Shown here in pieces: positions 25,972-37,262 of a stretch of 64,000 nt of DNA (position 1 is its first letter; every line of letters begins with the position of its first letter). Source of the DNA: Podarcis filfolensis (Eukaryota); NCBI GenBank assembly GCA_964270895.1, contig OZ185446.1; one strand, given 5' to 3'. The notes beneath the pieces are model-generated. The model saw only the letters and a list, made by a program, of their open reading frames with translations. It did not search any database and was not told the origin of the DNA. A program made the translations under genes and the position numbers.

Positions 25972-26379
25972 TGATAAGCTAGGTTACGGTAACACAAAAA
26001 GACCCAAGATTTAGACCCAAGTCATGACTAACTTAAGCATCACTGATTTCAATAAATCTCACTCTAAGAATGACTTTAATTTGGGTTCCACCAAGAGAGA
26101 ACAGTTGCCTAAGGCTACCACTGCATGGCTGAATGGGAGTTTGAAGTGCACGTCCCATATACAAACTCCACGCTCTCAGCTCTTGTTCCACGATGCAAGA
26201 GGTATGGGTTTGGGGAAAATGCACCACAAATATACCTAGGGTCTACTAATTGGCTTTGCTGAAGTAAACAGTAGCTTGCAATGAACTGTAACTGGACCTT
26301 AGAAGGAGAACAAGGCCTGATAACCCTAAAAGTCACTGGATTTCTTTTTCTTAAATGTAAGCTCATTCTCTGGACTTAC

Positions 26380-26472
26380 TTGATCAATACTTTCCTGGGG
26401 AACTTGAAACTGGTTCCTGGGCACCGGATCGTCATCATCTGACAGGAGTAGGTGAGGGTTTTCAAGCATAAT
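26380..26472 (-). CDS. NUB1: NUB1 coding exon (93 nt)
   Basis: IMLENPHLLLSDDDDPVPRNQFQVPQESIDQ; ctctag| acceptor, |gtaagt donor. Confidence 0.88.
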
Positions 26473-27074
26473 CTAGAGCAGACAACAAACATTGAGTATA
26501 TATACTGAACAAATTTATGCCTCCCCAGTTCACACAAAAGTTAGCGTGTCCCAAAAAAAAAATTGGAGGGTGGGGTGGGATACTATATGCACCCCAGACT
26601 ATCCTCCATCTCGTTTTGGGTGCCACTGACCACCCACAATCTAGGATTCCTAAAGAGTAGCCACAAAGACAGCCATTATTTCTTGCTTTAATGGCCACCC
26701 TTTCCATTTTCTAGGGGGAAAACAACAGGCATTGGATCATCAAATGGAGCTTGACACCCCCTCTTCCTTATTTACTCAGTGAACTTGTTTGCGGCTGAAA
26801 TCCATTTGTTTCATTTCGCGGATCCAGGCACAGGGAGGCTTGGTAAGAAATTCCTAGAATCAAGAGTGTTGTCCAGGTCCAATGAACATGTCCAAGACTC
26901 TACATATCAGTGCACAGTGAAACCTGATTCGCCAGGTTGGGATTTAATGTTAGGGTCCGTAAAAGTGAAGAAGGCCAGAGAAACTATAAAGCCAACAGAA
27001 TTTCTTTTTATATACTTCAACTGAATGTGGGATTTTTCTTTTGCAGTTTAATAAAAGTTTGGAAAAGCATTTAC

Positions 27075-27221
27075 CTTAACCGCTAGTTCAAGGTCTCCTT
27101 TTGCATTATGAAGAGCTTCTCTAGCAGTTCGCTCTGAATAGCCCATACTCTTCAAGGAGTTAATGTCCTCCAATCGCTTTCTTCTTTTAGCTCTCTCCTC
27201 TCTTCTTATTTGAGCTTTTTC
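27075..27221 (-). CDS. NUB1: NUB1 coding exon (147 nt, second UBA domain)
   Basis: EKAQIRREERAKRRKRLEDINSLKSMGYSERTAREALHNAKGDLELAVK; tacag| and |gtaaat. Confidence 0.93.
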
Positions 27222-27484
27222 CTGTACAAGTGGTGGTTGGGGGGGGCGGGGTTGGAGAGAGAAAGCTATTTATTATATAAGCAAGCTACATACCCACACA
27301 CACTCCTGACGGATATTTTCTGTGTTGTAAAGATTTATCCTTTGACTCAGATGCATTTCTTCCCAATACAACTGTTTCTTGCTGGTGTCCTTACAGTGGA
27401 CCTGATGAAAGTGGCAGTCATCAAACCACTTGGTGCAATAGTTCTCAAGGAAGTGATACAGGGAATGCACAGAAAGTCTACAAT

Positions 27485-28087
27485 ACATTCTGTACTCCAG
27501 CGGGTGCAGAATGCTGCAGCGAGGCTCCTCACAGGGTCTCTGCCATGGAAGCCTATTCACCCAGTGCTTTTCCAGCTGCATTGGCTCCTGGTGGAGTACA
27601 GGGTCAGATTTAAGGTGCTGGTTTTGACTTTTAAGGCCCTTCACGGCCTAGGACCCTCGTACCTACAGGACCGCCTCTCCTGGTATGCCCCACGGAGGAC
27701 CTTAAGGTCCATATATAGCAACACCCTAGAGGTCCCGGGCCCTAAGGAAGTTAGATTAGCCTCAACCCGAGCCAGGGCCTTCTCAACACTGGCTCCGGCC
27801 TGGTGGAATGCTCTGTCTCTTGAGACCAGGGCCCTGCAGGATCTGATCTCTTTCCGCAGGGCCTGTAAGACAGAGTTGTTCCACCTGGCCTTTGGCTCAG
27901 AATCAGTTCGATTCCCTCCCCCCCCCCTTTCTTTTTCCTTCTCCTCCTATGAAGAGATTGCTCCCTAATTGTTTCTAATGTTGTATCTTAATCTTTTAAA
28001 TTGTATTTTAATCAACTTGTTTTTATTATTGGTTGTTAGCCGCCCTGAGCCCGGTCTTGGCTGGGGAGGGCGGGGTATAAATAAAAA

Positions 28088-28137
<50 letters not shown>
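27485..28137 (+). mobile_element. L2-clade LINE, 5'-truncated 3' end with (TTA)n tail
   Basis: Open frame LQRVQNAAARLLTG..PVLFQLHWL..RVRFKVLVLTFKALHGLGPSYL..RAFS..WWNALS; 3' UTR gccgccctgagc..gggcggggtataaat(tta)n. Confidence 0.85.
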
Positions 28138-28514
28138 AATCAAAAGGGTTTGTGCAGCACAGACTTTGGACAAGTTTCTTTTTTCACCTCTCTCAGAGGT
28201 TTCTACCAAAGGATGTTCAAATTGTTCATTAAATTCAGAAGTTCAGAAGCTGTTCAGAAATTCAGCCCATGACCTTTTTAAATGGGAAAAGCAACATGTA
28301 AGTGAGTACAGCTCTGCCTCTTTAATGGTTGGATCCACCCATTCGGTCATTATGCGGAAACCTCTCTGAGGTGTCTTCAGTGGTTTGTCATGCAGCAACA
28401 CACACACACACACAAACAAAATGCTGGTGGTATCTAGCTTTTCCTCATGTTTCCCCACTTGCTGCACCACAGTAATATAAAACAGACCCTTATGGTACCA
28501 CCCTGGCACTGTAC

Positions 28515-28667
28515 CTCTCTCCTGTTGGAAATGTGGCTGGCAGCGTGGTCCACATTCCCATCGCAAGCTCGGAGACCCAGGCGGGCTTCCTGAGCAGAGA
28601 ATCCCAGTAGTAACAAGCTATTTATCTTGTCAGGATCGATGCACAACTCTTTAAACAAGTCATGTGC
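28515..28667 (-). CDS. NUB1: NUB1 coding exon (153 nt, first UBA domain)
   Basis: [51 protein letters not shown]. Confidence 0.95.
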
Positions 28668-28882
28668 CTGCGTAGAAAAAGAAGGGGGAAAGGAATAATG
28701 CACTTCCGCTCAAGGGAATGAATAAAATATGAAGAAAACTGTTTTTCTGCTTACAGGCTATTTGGGAAAAATAACATTGGGAACCTGATGCTTCACGGCT
28801 GTGTTCAAAGGGGCCTCCTTCCAGGCAACTGCACAGGCTTAGGGAGGGATTATTAAGCCTGACACTAAACACAGAAACTTAC

Positions 28883-28990
28883 CCTTTGAAGATTTTCACC
28901 AGCCTCCCGCTCTCTGCCATTATGATAATGGCTTATTCCTTGAAGCAAGTACAGCCTTAGAAACAAAGCCTTCTCTCTCCCAGAGCTTCC
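28883..28990 (-). CDS. NUB1: NUB1 coding exon (108 nt)
   Basis: [36 protein letters not shown]; tttag| and |gtaagt. Confidence 0.93.
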
Positions 28991-29617
28991 CTAAAGAAAA
29001 GCAAGCGTTTATAAATGGGTAAACTTAAAAGTACAATTTAACAAAAACATAGTTTATGGGTCTTCTGTTTATTTACTGAAAGTCATGTAAGTTTACAAAA
29101 AACGTATGCGAGAAAAATAGGACCCCACAACCACAAGGTACAAAAAAATGGTTTGTATATGGAACAACATACAAACTTGACACTACACTTTATCTCTTGG
29201 AATTTGGGAAACTGAAACAAGAACACTTGAGTTCTCTACAAAGAATCCCATGAAAGGGACTGGTTAAAGATCAGCTTGAATACAGGTAAGTAACCTGTAA
29301 TATCAAATAAGAGGTTGGGATCTGAAAACCTGATATGCAACCAATAATCTAGAAAAGGTTTAATGTGAAATTCAATCAATGAATAATGAGGAGATTCCTA
29401 ACAATAAGAAGCACCTATACATTTTTGTTTTTGTTTTCTCAGTCATTTGCTGTATGTGGGTTAGCCACCCAAAAGGCTTTGAAAGGGGAGAAAATATGCC
29501 CAACCTTTTGGGCCTAGGGACGTCTGGGAATCTCAAAAACTGTCATGGGCACCCACCACAAAATACCTATTTCACAGAAGAAAAACTGGCGATGCTCAGG
29601 TACCTGCTCAGACACCT

Positions 29618-30576
29618 AGAATCATAGAATCATAGAGTTGGAAGAGACCACAAGGGCCATCGAGTCCAACCCCCTGCCAAGCAGGAAACACCATCAGAGC
29701 ACTCCTGACATATGGTTGTCAAGCCTCTGCTTAAAGACCTCCAAAGAAGGAGACTCCACCACACTCCTTGGCAGCAAATTCCATTGTCGAACAGCTCTTA
29801 CTGTCAGGAAGTTCTTCCTAATGTTTAGGTGGAATCTTCTTTCTTGTAGTTTGGATCCATTGCTCTGTGTCCGCTTCTCTGGAGCAGCAGAAAACAACCT
29901 TTCTCCCTCCTCTATGTGACATCCTTTTATATATTTGAACATGGCTATCATATTACCCCTTAACCTCCTCTTCTCCAGGCTAAACATGCCCAGCTCCCTT
30001 AGCCGTTCCTCATAAGGTATCGTTTCCAGGCCTTTGACCATTTTGGTTGCCCTCCTCTGGACACGTTCCAGTTTGTCAGTGTCCTTCTTGAACTGTGGTG
30101 CCCAGAACTGGACACAGTACTCCAGGTAAGGTCTGACCAGAGCAGAATACAGTGGCACTATTACTTCCCTTGATCTAGATGCTATACTCCTATTGATGCG
30201 GCCCAGAATTGCATTGGCTTTTTTAGCTGCTGCGTCACACTGTTGGCTCATGTCAAGTTTGTGGTCAACCAAGACTCCTAGATCCTTTTCACATGTACTG
30301 CTCTCAAGCCAGGTGTCACCCATCTTGTATTTGTGCCTCTCATTTTTTTTGCCCAAGTGCAATACTTTACATTTCTCCCTGTTAAAATTCATCTTGTTTG
30401 TTTTGGCCCAGTTCTCTAATCTGTCAAGGTCGTTTTGAAGTGTGCTCCTGTCCTCTGGGGTGTTAGCCACCCCTCCCAGTTTGGTGTCATCTGCAAATTT
30501 GATCAGGATGCCCTTGAGTCCATCATCCAAGTCGTTGATAAAGATGTTGAATAAGACCGGGCCCAAGACAGAACCT
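29618..30576 (-). mobile_element. CR1 LINE, 5'-truncated, ORF2 C-terminus uninterrupted
   Basis: ORF LGPVLFNIFINDL..LIKFADDTKLGG..LEYCVQFW..RRLRG..LEVFKQRLD; 3' (ATTCTATG)n tail; TSD acacct (29612-29617 / 30577-30582). Confidence 0.95.
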
Positions 30577-31782
30577 ACACCTTGCAAAAGAACAGATAAA
30601 ACACAGACAAGAAAGCAAGACCCCCTCCATAAAAAACAGGTCCCTGTTCAAACAAGCAGCTCCACTCAAAAGCAAAACAAGCCCCATACACCTCAATTTA
30701 GAAATTAGGAGGGGAATGGGTCCTTAATGAGACTGATGTGTATGAGGGCACTGTGGTGCCGATGGATGCTGCGTTGGGAGCCCAGCCTTAGGGCCTAGTT
30801 TATTTTGGATCTGTAATGCTGCTTTGTGAAGAACCATCAGGCTGGACAAGCCCCACCAAAACAAATGGAAACTTTGCAAGAGCCGCCTGGTGCTTGCTCA
30901 GCTCCCTTTCACTTCAATGGGCACAGCCGGAATGCTCCTGCTAAACGCTTCTGTGTTTCGCTTAATCTTTAGAAGCACCTTCCCACCGGATTACACAGGG
31001 ATCAGATTTCATTACTTTTGTTAACATTAATTGGAATAGTAGGGCTGAATGACTGCTCTGAGTTGGAGGATTATTCCTTTTCTTCGCTTGTCGTGCAAAT
31101 TCAAGATACGGAACCTCAAGGGACAGATAACTGGAGGGTATGAAAGGAGCTACAGAACGTGAGGCCATTTGTATGCAACAACAGAATTTCAGAAGTCCGC
31201 AATCTTCACTCAGTATAGTTTGTACAGTCCTTTCAGGCTTTCTAACCAGATTGGTAAAACAGAGGCCCTAGGACTGTTGCTCTTTGAGAGGGGCCCACAG
31301 ATATCCACACCATGGTATCCTTAGCAAGAGTGTTAACAGCATAACTGGGTTTTCTGCTTGAATTTGTCAAGGATTGAGAACATGCAACCCTCCTGAGTTG
31401 CTACAATTTCCACTATCCCTGACCGCTGCCCTAGCCTTTGCAGAAGTTTAAGTGCAATTCTCAGAGTTACTCCTGTGTTCCATGATGTGCAAAAAATGCA
31501 ATGTCAGAAGAACAACATTCGGAAGGAAGACACATAACAGGTGATCTTACAGAATCAGTCCTGGATTCAATGCATCTTTTGTGAATGCGCTTCCTTTCTG
31601 AGATTTTGTATTCACGCCTTTAGTTCCCAAGAACACACTCCTTCCTTGGGAAAAGCAAGAAGCAAGTCCTGAGTACCGAAGGCAACCAGCTCTAGTGGGA
31701 AAGTTCATATTTCCAAAACACAATTTTCATGGGCAAGTGAATTAAACCCTAACACAACCGCACACCATCCTCTTTAGCCTAC

Positions 31783-31969
31783 TTTTATAGTGACCAGTCT
31801 TTCATGGTTCTCTCCGTAACACTTCCTGAAACAATCATGAGCTGCAAGGAGCTTTTTCTCAGCATCATCAAGGCAATCCAGCTGACCCAAGTGGAAGTAG
31901 CACCAGACGATGTCCAGCTGCAACACTGCATAATTATCAACAGTGTTCAGGAGGTCTGAACCACATTCA
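31783..31969 (-). CDS. NUB1: NUB1 coding exon (187 nt)
   Basis: [40 protein letters not shown]...[13 protein letters not shown]. Confidence 0.95.
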
Positions 31970-33201
31970 CTGAAAAACAACAAGAAAATGATTGATTCCA
32001 AAGAGGCTAAGCCACTGATAGAATTTACATGAACATAAAATGTGCAGTGCTGCAAAATACACATTATTTTCCTTAAAAGTCTGGTGCAATAGTGTAGCAC
32101 AGTGGACAAGGGTACAGTTCTTGACAGAAACTCCATTGGACTAGGGGCTGTAGGAAAGGTGGTAGCAGCCAGCAGGGGCCTTCCTATCTTAGAAGCAACG
32201 CACCCCACCTCGCATAGGCCTTCTACTGGTGCTAACAGAAGGCAGTTTCCAAGCCCAATTGCTGTGGGAATTTTTCTTAACAGTGCAGCTAGGGAGGGAA
32301 GGGTTAACCCTCCCAGAAACAGTCTCCGTGAAGATTACCCCCACAAAGCAATTTGGCATGAAGAAGAATTTTTGAGGGTATGGCTGCACCCCTTCTTTTT
32401 TTGGCCCCTCCTACTGCCAGCATGCAATTCCTGGATGACTGGTTCTGCACCCCTGGGCAATAGGATTCAGAGAACACACCAATGTATCAGCACAGAAATG
32501 CCAGATACATGGCCGCCACTATGAGAAAGACGGCAAAGGAAGAACCAAAATGAGCCTGGGTTTATTTATAGGCATTCGAAGCACACCCTTAATCATGCAG
32601 TCCCAGGGTGGACTACATATAGATGAGTACAATTTAACCATGTAATATCTTCCATCGCCTAATGACTTGTGCAAAAAATGTTGTGGGTGGCACAGAGAAA
32701 GATTATGATGATGATTAATTTCTGCTAGATCCTATCATTCAGTGTGTGTAAATATAGTGGCATTTTGGGTGCGGAGCTCTTTCCAGAAGGGCTGTCTCAC
32801 GTCTTTCAGGAGCTGCATGCTTGCTGCTTCTGCGATCCACGAGTTGGGGCACCCACTGCGACATGCTGTTGGGTGTTGTGCATGTTGATAGGGCATGGTG
32901 TTCTCATGGCTTCACCCCAGACTGGCTGACATGGTTCCTTTCGTTTCTGAGTGGTGTGCAGCATTGATTCAGCTATATCCAATTTGTGGGCAGGGGTGGT
33001 GTTGCTAAGGGCAGTGGAAATGTGGCTGGAGTTTTTGCTGATTTTTAAAAAATTTCTGACAAACCCTCCTTTCTTTCCCATGTGGGGCATGTCCTGGTTG
33101 TAGCAACGATACACTGCCAGTTCTTTTTAAAAGCACATTATGGGATTGCTCTGTAAAGAACCATATCCAAAGTTCTTTTAAAAGTACCAAGAGGTTCTTA
33201 C

Positions 33202-33308
33202 CAGAAATGTTTATCTGCATCCAACAGGAACGGCAGCGCCATAGCATATTCTTTTTTCTTCAGCAATGCTCTGCCCTTTTCATGATAGCCCATGGCTAAG
33301 AAAAGAGC
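33202..33308 (-). CDS. NUB1: NUB1 coding exon (107 nt)
   Basis: [35 protein letters not shown]; cacag| and |gtaaga. Confidence 0.95.
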
Positions 33309-33441
33309 CTGTGGGGGTGGAGGGAAAAGCATTTTACTAACACTAAACCTTAGTGCAAACTGCAATTAAAAGCAAGCCTTTCCTGTTCTTCGGGGAAACG
33401 AACAGAACAGAATGAACAACTTATTCACAGCATACACTCAC

Positions 33442-33530
33442 TTTTTTTGCTTGTGGTGGAATCTTGATCGTTCTTCCAGTTTGGTTTGCTATGTCCAGGT
33501 AGGGTGCTCTATCGGGATCCATGGAATCCT
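33442..33530 (-). CDS. NUB1: NUB1 coding exon (89 nt)
   Basis: (E)DSMDPDRAPYLDIANQTGRTIKIPPQAKK; tttcag| and |gtgagt. Confidence 0.93.
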
Positions 33531-33959
33531 CTGAAACAGATCAGACAGAAAATGAGGAAATATGTGTCTTTGCAGGATTAGCTCTGGGTCCTTTAAATTC
33601 CAATAATGTATAGACCAAGACACTGTTTCTCAATATTGCATCTGTAAAATACAATGCCTGCTTCACTGGATTGTTCTCATTCTGTATACAACACATCTGT
33701 ACTAGTTTTTGGATAAATCAATTGCCACGAGAAATAATTGATTATTGTGTTGCATCTTTATTTATTTTTAAAGTAGGCATTTTGTGGTTCCTGAATGAGG
33801 TTCTTAATAATACACAACTCTGTCCAAAAGAAATTGAGGTCTTTTTCCTGCCCTGTGGAACGACCTCCCATCAGATGTCAAGGAAATAAACAACTACCTG
33901 ACTTTTAGAAAACATCTGAAGGCAACCCTGTTTAAAGAAATTTTTAATGTTTGATGCAT

Positions 33960-34035
33960 TTATCGTGTTTTTAATATTCTATTGGGAGTTCCCCAGAGTG
34001 GATGGGGAAACCCAGCCAGATGGGCGGGGTATAAA

Positions 34036-34078
<43 letters not shown>

Positions 34079-34079
34079 T
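33960..34079 (+). mobile_element. 3' tail of L2-type LINE/SINE with (TTA)n
   Basis: cccagagtggatggggaaacccagccagatgggcggggtataaat(att)n. Confidence 0.7.
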
Positions 34080-34099
34080 AGCATTACATGCAAACCAGG

Positions 34100-34774
34100 T
34101 GTCTCACACCCATGACAGTGACAAACTCCTAGCTGGAGTAACACACATATAACCATTCAGTTGCGTGGACCATTCTGGATTTTAGAACCATGACCCAAGA
34201 AACGTGGTATCCTTGTGGAGCACCTGTCGAAGTTAGGAGTGGGTGACCCATGGGGTGGGATATAATGCTTTGGCCTTCTGGCCAAAAAGGTCCCTCTTCT
34301 CTGCTGTAAGCGAACAAAACACCCACAAACTGCCTTGTCAGGGAACTGCCATCGGCGCAGAGGCGAGAGATAGAGGGGAAATTGGGTGACAGGGAGCCTC
34401 CGAAAATCTTGCGAAGCAGTTCCTCTTCCGGCGAGGAGGAAACCCCCACCTCCAGTGGAGAAGAGGTGCAAGAACCAGAGGATGCTAGAAAGAGCCTTAA
34501 CACCGCACCTGAGCAAGCCGGAGAGGAGGGAAGCACACCCCTGCCTTCACCCATCATGCGCAGTTGCTTGAAATACAGGGAGGGGCAGAAAAGGCTGGGG
34601 GTGACAAAACTTTTATGTTGGGGGAGGTACAAGAACAGTGCACTCCCGGATTCTGCTAGCGATTGAGCCAGACATGAACTTATGACGCTCTGCACTGTAA
34701 ACAGTTTGCACCAAAATAAAGCCTGTAAAAGACAGGTCGGAGTCCTGCCTGGTTACTCTCGAGCAACCACAACA
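34100..34774 (+). mobile_element. Probable solo LTR
   Basis: AATAAA at 34715-34720 followed by a U5-like end ..ttactctcgagcaaccacaaca; GC-richer interior; left boundary uncertain and no TSD found. Confidence 0.5.
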
Positions 34775-35031
34775 GCATCTGACATGCCTGAAGCATGAAG
34801 GAAGGGCAAGGCTGATGGGTGTTCCAGGACTGCAGTTGCTGGTATGTCTGTTGAGGGAAAAGCAGATCTGGGCTTACACTGTGAGAGAAAAACCAGCAGT
34901 GACTCTTTAAGAACGACATGCATCTTCACACTATTTGCAAAGCAGGACAATGCCCTTTCCATTTCATTCTTCTTCTTTAAATGGAATTTTAATCTGTACT
35001 GCTAATGACGGGATTTACAAGAGCTCCTTAC

Positions 35032-35226
35032 CTCGCTCTGCAAGTATTTCTAAGCCTTTTTTTGTCCTTTGCATCCTTTTGTTCATTTCTTTCTTCTTCA
35101 CAGCCTCTTCCTCCTGTTGCATTTCCTCACTGCGGACTTTCTTCCTGGTTTCTTCTTCCGACAGTTTCAGCTCAAGCACCATGACCTTGACATTGTGCGT
35201 CACACCTTGCTCTTCTAGAGTCTTTC
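35032..35226 (-). CDS. NUB1: NUB1 coding exon (195 nt, end of UBL domain and coiled coil)
   Basis: (G)[20 protein letters not shown]...[13 protein letters not shown]; ttacag| and |gtaagg. Confidence 0.95.
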
Positions 35227-35550
35227 CTGTAAAATGGAGGCAAGTTTAATGCATCCAAGTCAGCTGGAGGAATATGGGATTAAAAGTTTTTTAAACGTAC
35301 GGCTTAAAAGAAACAAAAAAAAAGGGACAACTTCAATTAAAATTCTGTACAACACTTTATAGTAAATACAGGCATCTCCCCATTTGCACGAGGGTTGCGT
35401 TCCAGGTCAGTGTGCATGTCAGCAGTCACACATAAGCCTGCTCCACCCTCTGCCGTCTTCTGGGGCCGAAAGCAGTGTGTGTGTTGGCGGTTGCATGTCA
35501 ATCATATGCGCACAAAATGGTCGCCATATTTGAAACGATAAGATACATAC

Positions 35551-35621
35551 CCAGGTCAAGCTGCTTCTTATTTATAATTATTTTGATGCAATTTTCTTCC
35601 AATCCATATGCTTGTGCTATT
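35551..35621 (-). CDS. NUB1: NUB1 coding exon (71 nt, UBL domain)
   Basis: IAQAYGLEENCIKIIINKKQLDL; ttcacag| and |gtatgt. Confidence 0.93.
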
Positions 35622-36232
35622 CTGTGAAGCAGAGCAATAGATATTAAATGCTATTCAGTTTTAACAGGGTATTAGTCTTTTTTGTTTACTTCTAACTTGT
35701 TTTTCTGGAGGGGGGGGAATACTGAAATATTTTATTTTTTTCTGAATAATGAGGGTTTCTCCCCCCCCCCCACATTTTTACTACACAGTCAGGAAGTTGA
35801 CTTTTGCTACAACAGGCAGAAAAAAAACATTAAGTGGTCCACCAAGACCCTTAGCAGTTTTCAAGTGGTCCATCGGGATGGGGGGAGTTTGAGAACCACT
35901 GCTATAGACCAAGAACCACACAGAAGCAAAAGGCTTCGTCAGTCCCGTTCTTGTTTCAACTGATAATCACACAGGGCTATAACCCCACAAGTAAATCCCA
36001 ATGAATTCACAGACTTACTTTTGAAAAAATATGCACAAAATCCACCTGCACCTTTTGATACAAATATTTGCAAAATATGCCAAATGCGCCATTACTGTAT
36101 TCAGTTTAGGAGACATTACTAAGTTAATTGTCAAATACGAATACACCAGACCCAGATTATATGGTATAAAAAGAACTATATAAAAGGGGGGCAGGGAGGA
36201 AAACCTCAAAAAGGCAAATGGTAATTACTTAC

Positions 36233-36291
36233 TGAGATCTGAGCTCCTTGCCTGTGATGACCAATTTTGTCTCTAGCACATTTTTTCTTGC
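36233..36291 (-). CDS. NUB1: NUB1 coding exon (59 nt)
   Basis: ARKNVLETKLVITGKELRS; ctgcag| and |gtaagt. Confidence 0.92.
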
Positions 36292-36570
36292 CTGCAGAGA
36301 TATAAATGCCAAGTTAAAGCGAACTGTGTGGTTCCTTCCAAGGAGACTTACAAAATTCAACAAATCCAAATTTCTTTCCAGAATTGAGAGTTTTTATTCT
36401 AAACAATGGTTTATGTTAGGGCTATTTGACCCCAATGTCACATCTGTAAATTGCTTTTTAAAAGCACTGGAGGACCAAGCAAGACACTCAACACTTTATC
36501 CTTTCCAACTGTGAAGTTCCATGCGATGAAGCCTTAAGGTAAAACGAAAGGAGTCCAATCACTGAATATT

Positions 36571-36710
36571 AGAATTGTGCAGTTGGAAATTATTCTGAGA
36601 ATCATCTAATCCAGCCCCCTGCAATACAGGAATATGCAACTATCCCATATGGGGATCGAACCTGAGACCTTGGCGTGATCAGCACCGTGCTCTAACCAAC
36701 TGAGCTATCC
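36571..36710 (-). mobile_element. SINE with tRNA-Ile(AAT)-like head and CR1-like tail
   Basis: Minus strand ggatagctcagttggttagagcacggtgctgatcacgccaaggtctcaggttcgatcccc, then ctggattagatgattctcag..ttccaactgcacaattct. Confidence 0.75.
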
Positions 36711-36883
36711 AATCAAGTGGCTCCTTGCTCCATCACTCCCTACATAAGGCAAGGAGAAGACCCATTTCAGGCAGCTTATCTGCCTGTTCTGTATACATGA
36801 AATGTTTCCATTCGTTACACATCCACAGCAATTACTGAACGTATTATATATGCTTCTTTTGAGAACATTAAACAATTGCTTAC

Positions 36884-37051
36884 TTTACCCAACCTTGTAG
36901 GCAAGGCTACTTCAAGCGTCGCAACTCCTGTCATCTTATAAGCTTCATTTTTCGTTCCTCGCTCGACTGCTTTGGAGCGTATCTCTTCCAGGAGGGCCTC
37001 TATTTCATTGTCATTACAATTTAGCCTGGCTGAATATTGCAGTGCGAGAGC
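36884..37051 (-). CDS. NUB1: NUB1 coding exon (168 nt)
   Basis: ALALQYSARLNCNDNEIEALLEEIRSKAVERGTKNEAYKMTGVATLEVALPTRLGK; cctag| and |gtaagc. Confidence 0.93.
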
Positions 37052-37145
37052 CTAGGATGATAAAAATGGATCTGTTAAGAAATGAAAGCAGTAAATTTGC
37101 ACGAAGTAAAAAGCAGCAACAATATGCCAGCCACAGACTACTTGC

Positions 37146-37262
37146 CTTCAGCTCCTCACCCGCCTCCTGGTAGCTGTTTGTATATGGGGGTTTCCATAGC
37201 TGAATTTTGTCTTCTCGCAAATAGTTTTTCAGTTTTGCTGCGAGGTATTTGTTCTGTGCCAT
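37146..37262 (-). CDS. NUB1: NUB1 first coding exon (117 coding nt, ATG at 37262)
   Basis: MAQNKYLAAKLKNYLREDKIQLWKPPYTNSYQEAGEELK matches recalled NUB1 N-terminus; donor is AAG|gcaagt (GC). All 14 exons sum to 1860 nt = 619 aa plus stop. Confidence 0.95.

Noticed and set aside
27210-27484. N-terminal half of the 252-aa ORF as part of L2 ORF2
   Set aside because: L2 similarity begins only near 27490; the upstream part is chance read-through of intron sequence
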